The translations under genes were made by a program, and so were the position numbers. Source: Octopus sinensis (taxonomy: Eukaryota). From it: DNA of 64,000 nucleotides. Every line of letters begins with the position of its first letter. Within the stretch, counting starts at the first letter, position 1. The stretch lies in the NCBI RefSeq assembly GCF_006345805.1, contig NC_042998.1, positions 89,466,001-89,530,000 on the forward strand. Direction: 5' to 3'. Below the pieces are notes generated by a model. It was not told where the DNA came from, did no database searches, and worked only from the letters and a program-made list of their open reading frames with translations. Positions 52,651 to 64,000 of the stretch are shown piece after piece.

Positions 52651-53902
52651 CAAATACAAATACCAGCTTGGTGTGTGAAGCGGATGTGACCACCAAAAAC
52701 TGCTGTATGAAAGCTGTTCAAAAGAACAACCATACCGCATCGTCCGTCGCGTGGGAAAGTAAGAGATGTGTTCGAATCTTAGGTGGAGGGGTCTATTCGA
52801 AAATTATATTGCGGTATTTACGCAATACCGATAGAACAGGCAATAAATAAACCAGTAACTTGTTCTGGCCGGCGTGGGATGCCTACCTCCGGACCCAGAA
52901 GCGGTACCCAGAGGGAATAACTCTGAATTATTTACATATATGTGTTTGTGTGTGTGTGTGTGTGTACAGAGAGAGAAAGAGAAGACTCATACCAAATGAT
53001 GTTCTTTCCTTTGCTGATGAAGAAAAGAAATATCAGAAACATACAAGTGTCTAGGATAAATTAATATTTTAAAAATATTAATATTTCCTAGTATTTTGAG
53101 TGCATATTCTTATATTTGATTAGATTACACACATACATAGATATACACGCTCACTCAAACACGTAGTCACATGAAATATTTACTTTTATTAATGGTTTCC
53201 TGTGTCAAATTTCAAACACATACATGTAAATGTATATATGTTTATATATGTGTATATATGCTTACATATGTGTGTGCACTCGCGCGTGGCAGTGTGAGTG
53301 CGTGTGTGCATGTGTGGTTAAAAAGTCTGCTACTTAATTCCTATATTTGACGATAAATTACGATAAGCATGAGGTATGGTTATTAAGTTGAAATGGGCAT
53401 TAATTCAAGTGTATTTAGCCTGGACCTTGAATTAGACTACCATTCTGTAAAACATAATATAAAGTATGTTATCTTAGGCTTGTATTCATTGAAGCCTTTC
53501 GTAGACCACAATAGAGAAATCTTGTTCGTATAGTATTTAGAAAAGTACTTATGATATATCGATCCCAGTATTCGCTAAAGAACTTTACTGCAGATAAACT
53601 ACGATTAAAGTTATTTGAAAAAGATATGAATTCCGAGACATATCAAATTAATGTCTCCAGCCTACTTCATGCTTAAAGCATTTCCCATCGCATGTGTATG
53701 TAATGTAGCTCAGTTGCAATAACTTCTATTTGACTTCCAGCAGAGACATTCCTGTTTCAGATGAGCTATTGAATTAGTGTAGGAGAAGTCTCTTTGCTAA
53801 GAGTAAAGTTCTGTAAAATGCAACTACAATATTTGATCTACATCTATCTTTAGCTCTTACAGAGACCTCTTTGGATTTCTGAGGTCTTCATATGTAAATA
53901 TT

Positions 53903-54317
53903 TTAGCAATACTTATGACCATAAAGAATATAAAAACTGGTACATCCTCAAAATTTATTTCCTTTTATTTTACATTCCATACAGCATATTTTAATGGTTA
54001 TGGCGAGCTACACAAAGTTCCACTGCACAGAGTAAGGTTAGTTGCACGTGAGGCCGGGCATAATATTCTGTGCAGCTTCGTTCAGGGTCTTTCAACAAAC
54101 TAGGTCTGCTTCGAACCAAGCTTGTTGAATAACACTGAACGAAGCTGCACAGAATATTGTGCCCGATTACTTGTGCAACTGCCCCTACTCTGTACAATGG
54201 AAACTCGAGTAGGTCGTTCTAACCGTAAAAACTGGTGTATGTAATGTAAAATAAAAGGAAATAAACTTTGAGGATGTACCAGTCTCCATATTCTCTATCG
54301 TGCCAATTATTGCTAAT
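53903..54317. repeat. ~415-bp imperfect palindrome (fold-back/MITE-like)
   Basis: Arms of about 200 bp pair across a ~10-nt centre near 54105-54115, e.g. ACTGGTACATCCTCAAAATTTATTTCCTTTTATTTTACATT with AATGTAAAATAAAAGGAAATAAACTTTGAGGATGTACCAGT. Confidence 0.92.
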
Positions 54318-54522
54318 ATGCACTCCAGATACTATTACCTTCCAGTGAAGCGAACACGGAATTACCCATCAAAGGATCTTTACAGCGTGAGTGGCAACAC
54401 ATAGTAGACAGAAATGTTGAATACTAATCGATGCGGTTAGCAGTAACCTGGAACATAACTGAGAGCTACCACGGTATCCGCCTGAATAATATATCCCTCC
54501 AAACTCAGATTAAGATATATAT

Positions 54523-54558
<36 letters not shown>

Positions 54559-54666
54559 CATAGTACAATATTAAAAATAAGGAGAATAACTTCATATACA
54601 TCTTCTTTGCTATATATATATATGTGTGTGTGTGTGTGCGTGTGTGTGTGATGTGTGTGTGTTAGA

Positions 54667-54697
<31 letters not shown>

Positions 54698-54706
54698 CGT
54701 GTGTGC

Positions 54707-54741
<35 letters not shown>

Positions 54742-55059
54742 GTGTGTGTGTGTGTGTGTGTGTAACGTATGGTATAATTATAAACAGGGCAAATTTTAGC
54801 CATTTCTCTGGACACTGATAAAAAAATAACGAACTACATTAATCGATTTTCGAAACTTATTGGGTTCTCATCAGAGGCGTCTACATTATTCTGACAGTCA
54901 CCAGCAGTCAAACTTTATGTTTATATACTCAACAAATCTGGCAGTTACTCTACGAAGGAGTCCCTAATTTACATACCGAAAGTATTTAACACTTTATAAA
55001 CACCTGTCAACGGGGGATCTTAATGGCCTCTCAATGGGGATCTTAGTCCACACAGTATC

Positions 55060-55270
55060 AATGTATGTATGTATGTATGTAGGTATATATATATATATAA
55101 TATATATATATATATATACACATATATGTATATATATATATATATATTATATATATATATATATATATACATACATATATGTATATATCATATATTCACA
55201 TATATATGTGTATGTATATATCATATATATATATATAATATATATATATATACATATACATATACATTAA
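55060..55270. repeat. (TA)n-rich tract
   Basis: Direct reading of the sequence. Confidence 0.9.
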
Positions 55271-55573
55271 TCCAGAGCATACATACTAGTGTTTTTTACG
55301 TGAAATCAATTGCTTTGTTGCGTGTAAATCATTTTGCTTTTCTAAATTGCTGACGCGTTAAGCTTCTTATAATTTAGGTGAAGAGGTTGTATAAAAGACA
55401 GTTGTTTACAGTTGCCAGTGTTCATATTTTTGTTTAATTTACACACGTATCTTGGTTAGAATCTTAAATTTATTCAAAACAAAGCAAAATACTACTTACC
55501 GCATCAGTAATTTATTAATCGAAATAGCTTCTATGAATGTATTATTTATGCTAATCGGTTTATTCAAGTTAGT

Positions 55574-55615
<42 letters not shown>

Positions 55616-56289
55616 CATGTGCCCGTTGACTCTTAAAAGTAGAGAGAGATTATTTAAAAGACATTTCCTCACAACTGTCCCGTGTATTTAATCAAATTCA
55701 CACTCACACACAGACACACACACACATACTCACACACACACACGTACACACACGCACACACACATACATGCACACACACACACACTGTGGGTGGATTAAA
55801 TTAGATACACCGTATTCTATTGTACAATATAGCGTGTTTTTCATGTCTATCATTAAAACTACAATCTGAAACAAATTGGAAAGTAAATGTATCATGGTCT
55901 GATATTCTGAATCACATTTAACTGATTACTTTGCATTTCGAAAATATATATTTGCTTGTGTATTGTACGCACAATAATAGTCAGTAGTGGGTGGGTGATA
56001 TTTAATGCTAATATGTATTATTGGTAAGAAAAGCGCAGAAACTACTGAGACATGTTATGGCGAATTTGTTTACTTAACTCTTAAATAACTGTTCGAAGTT
56101 CATGGTTTAGTTAGCCACACACACGCACACACACAAACACAAACGCACATACAAACACGCGCGCGTGCGCACACACACACACACACATATATATATAACA
56201 AAAACAAACACGCATTCATTGTTTCCTCCAATCAAAGAAGATAAGCTGTTCTAACTGACCCGTATATAATATTCAAGCAGTGAATACTA

Positions 56290-56733
56290 TAGTTAACCCA
56301 TACTTTCAAGAAACTTTTCAATCTTTCTATTTCCCGCTACAATGGATATATCGCAATCTTCAGAAACACCTCATAGTGTATCCAACTCTCTGAACCTGTC
56401 AACTCGACTTATTACTCTCATTTGCAGCGTCTCAAACATGGAAACGTTTGTAAACGATCACCTTCAAAAGATTGACTATCCCTATACATGACAGTTCCAG
56501 CAATGTCAGATTCAAAAGAAGGACATTCACTGATTGTCATCGACTGCATACACCAACATACTACAAATAATATCAGGCACACTATTTTCCCACTCTCTTT
56601 CTCTCTTGCTCACATACTCTCTCACACTTTCTCACTCTCTCTTTCTCTCTCTCTCATCTATCTATCTATCTATCTATGTAATTTATCTCATTCTCTCTGT
56701 TGCCTGACTCACTCTGTCAGTCTCTCTCACCAC

Positions 56734-56774
<41 letters not shown>

Positions 56775-57060
56775 TATCACTCTTACAAAAGTATCCGCTC
56801 ATCTAATGCGAACCAAGTAGCTGCATACCCTATCCAGCCAGATACACACAAACCACTTGTAGCTATTTCATCCTGCGCTTTATTGAAACTCGTCTCACGA
56901 AAAATCCCACGAAGAACTTCGTCCATTCTTCATATTCAAAAGTGCAGTCTTTTGGAATACTGATCCTGCTCAAGGTTTTCAACCAAAAGCATTGAATCTA
57001 CAGATGTTCAAGTTAGACATTAGCCGCATATCATCAGTTTGGGAGGGTTCGCAGATAGAT
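56290..57060 (+). mobile_element. Very degenerate CR1/Jockey-like LINE 3' region interrupted by (CT)n
   Basis: ELRPFFIFKSAVFWNTDPAQGFQPKALNLQMFKLDI resembles the R..FF.R....WN.LP...F.P...NL..FK C-terminal pattern. Confidence 0.35.
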
Positions 57061-57409
57061 TACCATTGGTCCTTCTCTACTAACATGAGACTTAAACATA
57101 CACAACGCATACATGCCTATATTATATATATAAACATACATGTAAAGAGACGCACATAAATACACGCCAACTTACATATTTTTATATAATTTTCCCCTCG
57201 TGACTTTTCATATTTTTTGTGGTGGTAGGGGGAGTCTATTATCTTTTGTTCTGCTCTAAGATAAATTTATTATTCATTTATTTATTTCAGTTGTCCACGT
57301 TTCTAATTATTTTCCATTTCTCAGTTTTCAAATTCCTATTAAAATTTATGTAACAATATCTAAGTAAAGCTTGCTGAAGATTGTTGATTAGATATAGAGG
57401 ACAAATATA

Positions 57410-57540
57410 TAACTATACAATTATACATACATGCATATATGTGTATAAGTATGCACAATTATCTGTATATACATATGAATTTATATATATATAGGCATGC
57501 ATGTATAATACATACATACATACATACATACATACATACA

Positions 57541-57571
<31 letters not shown>

Positions 57572-57750
57572 GTATGTATGTGTATACATTTGTTTATGTG
57601 TGTGTGCACTCATGTATACATATATATGTATACATGAGTGCACACACACACAAATATAGATGCATACATATACATACACACATAAACAAATGTATACACA
57701 TACATATATATGTATGTATTTATACATGCATGCCTGCTATACATGAATCA
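57410..57750. repeat. (TACA)n/(TA)n/(CA)n tract
   Basis: Direct reading of the sequence. Confidence 0.9.
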
Positions 57751-58419
57751 CGTTAACTGAAAGAGTCGGAATACGTAAAATAAACTTTCTTGCGACATCT
57801 GTTTCAGTGGTCTGAATGGAAATGCAACGTTTTCATCGATTTGAAGTCAATATACTGAAAGACTCGTCTTAGACATCGGAATTGTAAAAGCGCTGGAATA
57901 TATACTGTAATTTGTTTCGGCTCTCAGTATTGTGACTTCTTAGGTGGTAGACCTATTCCGTTGCTCAGTTTAATGCCAAACACTATCTGCCCTTGGGTGT
58001 CTTAAGTGGGAGTACAGTCTGTTTCAAGTATTTGGATAGTCTCCCATTTAAAAAATAATTTATTCTCTCCTTCCCAGAAGTCTCGGTAGCCCTGAAAGTA
58101 TATTTAAAAAATGATTCAAAGGCGCTGACTGTCACTTTCCTACTTAATAGGAAACAATATGTATGTATATAAATTTATATATGTGTATGTGTTTGTGCGT
58201 TTGTGTGAGTATAACGATTGTGTTTCGATTGGTTTTGACTCAAGCTACATGGAGCCTCAATTGGTTAAAGATGGTATTTATGGCTCCTAGAATTGCTGGA
58301 AGTAAACATAAATTAGGTTAGCTCTCCTCCTTTTGTCTGTGCCTTCTCTTCCTAGCTCCTCATGTTTTGTCATCCCTACTATCACATTTAAATTCTCTGT
58401 CACTACAGTAAACACCTCT

Positions 58420-58570
58420 GTTGAAACTACTACTGCTACTACTACTACCTCCACCATCACCACCACCACCACCACCACCATTAACACTACTACTACAACT
58501 ACTGCCACAATCACCACCACCACCATTACCACTACTATTACAACCTCTACTAATGCTACTACTACTACTC
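58420..58570. repeat. (ACT)n/(ACC)n trinucleotide tract
   Basis: Direct reading of the sequence. Confidence 0.9.
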
Positions 58571-58629
58571 CAAAATATCGATTTCTATTTTAAGTTCAAG
58601 TCCAGCAACATTGTCTTCAAATAACATTA

Positions 58630-58781
58630 AACCTAGTACTTGACTCGTACTTTATTTTCTCGACCCAGGAAGGATGGAGGGTAATGTTGACCTCGGTGAG
58701 ATTTGAACACAGAATATATAGAGATGGAGCTAATACCGCAAAGAAGTTTTTCCGACACTGACGATTTTGTTAAACCACCAC

Positions 58782-58821
<40 letters not shown>

Positions 58822-59468
58822 CACTACTACTAATTAATAGTATGAATAATAATAATAACCCTTTCTACTACTGGAACAAGGCTTGAAATTATGGAGTAAG
58901 GGACTAGTCTATCACTTTGACCCCATTGATACCTAATTTATCGACCTCGAAAGGATGAAAAGCAAAGTCGACCTCGGCGGAATTTGAACTCAGAACGTAG
59001 CGGCAGACGAAATACATATTTCTTTACTACCCACAAGGTGCTAAACACAGAGGAGACAAACAAGGACAGACAGATGGATTAAGTCGATTATATCGACCCC
59101 AGTGCGTAACTTATACTTAATTTATCGACCCCGAAAGGATGAAAGGCAAAGTCGACCGCGGCGGAATTTGAACTAAGAACGTAACGGCAGACGAAATACT
59201 GCTAAGCATTTTGCCAGATATGCTAACGATTCTGCCAGCTCGCCGCCTCAATAATAATAATAATCCTTTCTACTATAGGCACAAAGCCTGAAATTTGGGG
59301 AAGGCGGCAGTCCGACACCAGTTTGTAAGTGGTTCTTATTTCATCGACCTCGAAATGATGAAAGACGAAATTGATGTCGGCGGAATTTGAACTCAGAATG
59401 TAAAGACGAACGAAAGGCCACAAAACATTTTGGCCGGCGCGGTAACGTTTCTGCCAGCTCGCCGCCTC
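58630..59468 (-). mobile_element. Head-to-tail chain of family-B SINEs (monomer, dimer, monomer) separated by (ATT)n/(GTA)n tracts
   Basis: Reverse-complement heads CTGCCAGCTCGCCGCC at about 59235-59248 and 59452-59467; GGAATTTGAACTCAGAAC-type B-box blocks at about 58700, 58980, 59165 and 59385. Confidence 0.9.
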
Positions 59469-59496
59469 AATAATAATAATGATGATGATGACGATG

Positions 59497-60036
59497 ATGC
59501 CCTGAAGTAGTACCTGGCACTTGCTCTCATGGCTTCTGATCTTTACTGATTGTAAGTATTATGTACATGTTTTATCTTGGTATAAAAGAAGGTCTACAGC
59601 AAAATATTCTGCTCAATACTACAGTTGCTTGACCTTGACCTGTTGAGCATGTTCTTTAGTGACTGATGTTATGTGCATCTCTGATCACGAGCAGAAGTAA
59701 TGGGGACGCATTATAGCCATGTGTTGAGAAGAATTCTTTGGGGTTTGGATAATTCACCTCTGAAAACATGAGTGTTTCGTTCAATATCCTTAAACAAGCC
59801 TTACTCAGGGAACTTTTGAGCAGGATGGCCACTCGGCGTGAAGAAATTTCTAACTGGGCCCCACCTGCAAGATCATGTGCTGCTTATCTTAATATGAGAT
59901 CACCATGTCGCGCATATATGGTTGTCATGCATGTCCCTGGAGAACCCTTATCAGACAGGTAGCCATGAAGAGTATATTGAGCTTTGTATATTTGTATCAC
60001 AGTGTCAGTTTAATAACATGCAATGCTCTCACATTC
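59497..60036 (+). mobile_element. ~550-bp non-coding TAA-associated element, copy 2
   Basis: End-to-end homology with 8566-9121; more diverged, with small deletions. Confidence 0.75.
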
Positions 60037-60051
60037 AATAATAATAACAAC

Positions 60052-60088
<37 letters not shown>

Positions 60089-60134
60089 TAATAATAATAA
60101 TAATAATAATAATAATTTTAATAATTCTAATAAT

Positions 60135-60217
<83 letters not shown>

Positions 60218-60229
60218 TAATAATAATAA
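60037..60229. repeat. (TAA)n microsatellite
   Basis: Direct reading of the sequence. Confidence 0.95.
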
Positions 60230-60450
60230 TACCAGTGGTGATCGGAGTGTTGGGCTCAATCCCATTGAAACTTCAAAACTTCTTAAGGCAACTGGAAATC
60301 CCATGCAAGATTAATGTCTTGCAAAAAGCAGCCTTATTGCGCACAGTGCACATCTTAAAGAAAGTATTAGCTGTCTGAGGTCTTTGTTGTGACTCGACAG
60401 ATGACTAACGTCTCCGGTGCATTTTTACCTACATTGTGTTACAAAGGTAT
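60230..60450 (+). mobile_element. R4/Dong-clade extreme 3' fragment (family 5)
   Basis: IPVVIGVLGSIP...LQKAALLRTVHILKKVLAV* plus 3' UTR; matches 29880-29992. Confidence 0.88.
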
Positions 60451-60671
60451 TACAACAACGACGACGGCGATGATGATGATGATGATAGCGTTATCACCAG
60501 GCTAGATTTTTGTAGAGAAATCAGTGGATTACTATAAAATTACTGGTACTTCATAGAGCAACCCGAACTAACGACAGGACCATTGGTATCAGTACGATTT
60601 GAACAAAACACATACATAATTACATGGAAATGGCAAGATGCTGGTTGGGATATACAGACCGATTATTCAAT

Positions 60672-60721
<50 letters not shown>

Positions 60722-60740
60722 GTGATGGTGATGATGATAT
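60672..60740. repeat. (GAT)n microsatellite
   Basis: Direct reading of the sequence. Confidence 0.95.
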
Positions 60741-61398
60741 TTTTTCCTTTTCACTGAACAGTCCCATAGCAGTCGAACCTTGCCCCTCTGTGTAAGATGA
60801 TAATGATGTCATTCATTGAGAAATCGTGAGAAAATATTGCGCAAGATTGTGTAACAAATAGCCACATGGTTAACCAACGAATCAAATAAGAGTTTTTTAA
60901 TCACCAAAATATCGTGTGACTGCAAACAACATAGCCTTCATACCCTTACCACTGTCAGGCTTGTAAGGATATGGGTGTGTCATGTTAAAGTGACACCCAT
61001 AGATTACGAATGTATATGTATTTCCATGCGTGTATGTAAGTGCGTGCATATGTATATGTATGTGAGCTTGCGCGTGTATACATATATCCCACTTTCTGTG
61101 AAAGACGATTCTGGAATATAGGAGAAATGAATAAAAGAAAGCATTGAAAAAAGAAAACAGCAAACGATATTTATCAAAATAAATACAGATATTAAACTAT
61201 AATTCTTTTATATACTTTGGAGAAAAAAAATGTTACTGTTTATCTGCTCCCATGATGGTGTTGCGAGACAAATAATGAAGTTGGGCCACTGTGTTCCGTT
61301 TTTCGTGCTTCCCAAGGGACTGTATCAAACTGGGTCCCGATGTTAATGATATTACTGATGTTATAGGCTTCTCCGACTTCCTTTAAAAGAGTTAGTGG

Positions 61399-61440
<42 letters not shown>

Positions 61441-62789
61441 TGTGTGGTGTGTGTGTGTGTGTGTGTTTGTTTTCCAGGATTGAGCTAAGTAAATAGAAAA
61501 TATTTCATCATCCAAGCTAGCTTTGAATAAGAATCCATCATTCTAACCTCGCCAGCATCGTGATAGAACATTAGGCTAAGAAACTATGCAGAATATAATT
61601 AGACAAATAATCTTATCAGTTTCAAGTTTCTTAATATTTCATACTCCTTTTATTCTGTTTATTGCTCTTAAATGAATCTGTATTCTTTAATCAAATTTAT
61701 TATTTCAATTATTATTATTATTACTCAGTTAAATAGCTCCCCTTCCCGTTCCATAATCGTCATTGTATTTCTCTTGATATTTCTAAGAGAGGGAAGAACC
61801 TTAATGTAGTAGCTCGACCTGCCAGAAAGCTGCCAGAGTTCCCGTAAAACATAGCCTATTGTTTTAAAACAGAACACATTCGATCTACGGCCTCTGCTGG
61901 TCATGTTTGACTATGTGTCAGCATCTTCTGCGCTGACTTGAGCAAGCTCTATTTTGTATCAGAACAGCAGTTGCCTATACCTGCATGTTCTCTCGCTTTT
62001 CTCCCCCCCCCCCCTCTCTCTCTCTTTCTCTGCGTTACTGATGTTTTCCAAGGCAAGAGCCGATATAACTTTCCACTATTGTAGTCGCGAATGTTACTGT
62101 CCGAAGGCAAGGTGGTGGAATATATACTGAGAAATATCTCGTCCGGCACTCTAATATATTCCAACAATCCACCGACCTAGATTAAGTTATGCAGTCTACG
62201 ATACACTGTTGTTGAAAACGAAGTCGGAATAGTCAAGGCTGGAATGCCTTTTGATCATTGGTCAGCTTGAAGAGATTTAACTTAGGGGTAAACAAAACAA
62301 CTGTCATAGTAGTTTATTCGTGTTCTGATATGATTCAAAGTATTTTTTAAATTTTATTCTGTAGTAGCAGACAAATGATCTAAAATATGGCTGTTTTCTA
62401 ATGTCCTAAAAATTTGTTATTGTTTATTATCATGGTCGTTATCGTCGTTGTCGTCATTACCGCTGTTGTTATGTAGTTCTAGTTGGCTCTGTCCCGGCAG
62501 TTATACAACACGGAGGGTATCAATAGAACTCTTAGTAACAAATATAGATGTTGGATTTGGTTTGTTGTCTTCCGTTTTGATCTAGAAACTTGTGTATCTC
62601 TTCACACTACTATTAAATAGCAGGCTGTATAAGTTATATTGTAATAAGCAGAGCGACTTCTCTATGATTTACAAGTCTCGTTTCTGATTGAATTAATTTT
62701 TCTACTTTTTGTTTTGGCATATCCGACAGTCATTGTGGCTTCGAAGGAAAAGTTTTACAGTGACTTCTAAGTTGTGTCTTGCGAGCTGT

Positions 62790-64000
62790 CATCAGTTTGG
62801 CTCGTGCTTATTGCACGGATTATCGTGACTCGTTCTTTCCAGTCTATTCGGTCTGCTATTGCACGTGGTATGTCTTCTTGGGTGCACTTGGAATCCTCAC
62901 ACAATTGTTTTATTTAGGTTCGATGACGTCGACCATTAGTTGTATAACTATATTTCGGTTCCTAAAGAAGAACGTCATTCATGATCCTCCAATAGCTCCC
63001 CGGCAATGGCCAGCAAATTTTGTCTTTTTCTCTTATAACGTGTGATATTACCGGTAAATTACCATACAGATGTTCTTTTGTAGGGTGTTACCTCCAGATG
63101 CCTAGAGCAGCTCGAAGCATTCTTGTATAAGTTCCGTTAATTTTCTTTTCAAGACACATTGTTTCGAGTTCATGTTGTACAACCTTATAGCAGAACTGAC
63201 AGCAAAACTACCTGAAAGAAATTACGTTTCAAATTTAATGGCAGCTTAGATTTCCAGACTGTCGATAATTTATGTAAAGCTGCCCAGGCTTTGCCGATTC
63301 GGACATGAACGTCACTTGTAGACAGATCTTCCTTTGCGCTTTTACTTCCGCAGTATGTGAATTCGCCAAAATTTTTCAAGGATTTTCCAGATGCGGAGTT
63401 AAGGTTGCCGCTCTGGCTGTGCATCATATATATATTCTGTCTCGTCCGAGTTGATGTAGAGACCAACACCTTTAGCAGCAGTTTCAATGCTGTTCAGGGG
63501 AGACTTTGTATCACAAATTTTTACTGCTAGGAGCGCCAAGTCATCAGGGTAGTCAGCATCTGTACTAGTCACAGCTGGAAAACGTCTGCTTTTAGTTGGT
63601 TGAAGAGTGAATCCTTTGTCTTTCGTTTCATCTACATAGGTACGTAGAACATAATCTTTACATATAATGAACAGGTAGGGTGCCAAGATGCCACCCTGGG
63701 GGATACCAGCCGCTATGTCAAAAAACTGTATCACCATCTGGATGATGAGTATAGACTGGGTATTTCTATACAACATCATGATGGAATTAACAGTTTCCTT
63801 TAGGGTACTATATGCATGGAGTATATCTTCCAGTTTTTCTTGTGTGTATCGAGCCAAAGGCCCTAGAAAAGTCAGCAAATAGGAGGATTGCTTTCAGGTT
63901 ACTCGCACAAGGATTTTTGCGATCTCCGGCTGGATACAATTGAGTATCATGGCATTGTAAACTTTCCACAGAAAAAAAAAACAAGAGCAAGTTGTGAGTT
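62790..64000 (-). mobile_element. RTE-clade LINE, decayed RT and C-terminal region, continuing beyond the window edge
   Basis: LFADFSRAFGSIH, GIPQGGILAPYLFII..DYVLR, DADYPDDLALL, VRIGKAWAAL..L..VWKS, GTYTRMLRAAL, FAGHC, DRIDWKERV; frameshifts present. Confidence 0.92.

Noticed and set aside
58287-58624. Mucin-like poly-Thr or poly-Pro/Val ORFs
   Set aside because: Derived from an (ACT)/(ACC) microsatellite, with no splice or homology support.
61780-62300. Possible RTE-tail SINE-like repeat ending in AAACAAAACAAC
   Set aside because: Single, highly diverged occurrence in the window; boundaries and class not supportable without a library search.

Overview
AT-rich eukaryotic genomic DNA with a very high density of microsatellites and transposable elements. 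The SINE families and repeat landscape point to an octopus (cephalopod) genome; this is an inference from recognised repeat families and was not checked by a search. I cannot confidently identify a host protein-coding gene, only a few isolated exon-like segments, so the window looks intronic or intergenic. The dominant structure is a set of R4/Dong-clade non-LTR retrotransposons (RT plus restriction-like endonuclease) inserted head-to-tail into (TAA)n/(TGA)n microsatellites. They form a four-element tandem array at 8.5-15.9 kb, a near-full-length copy at 25.8-29.5 kb and two further fragments. A ~550-bp element with no recognisable coding capacity and fixed ends occupies the same microsatellite type twice (8.6 kb and 59.5 kb) and is the best candidate for something undescribed. 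Also present are three mariner transposons (one with intact TIRs, Hsmar1-like), RTE, Tx1/L1-like, CR1/Jockey-like and probable Penelope remnants, and many tRNA-derived SINEs. Other structures are a MITE with an 8-bp TSD carrying telomeric repeats, a perfect 36-bp hairpin, a ~415-bp imperfect palindrome and a 22-bp minisatellite. Most ORFs in the supplied track are microsatellite artefacts. Boundaries of degenerate elements are approximate and all protein similarities were judged by eye.
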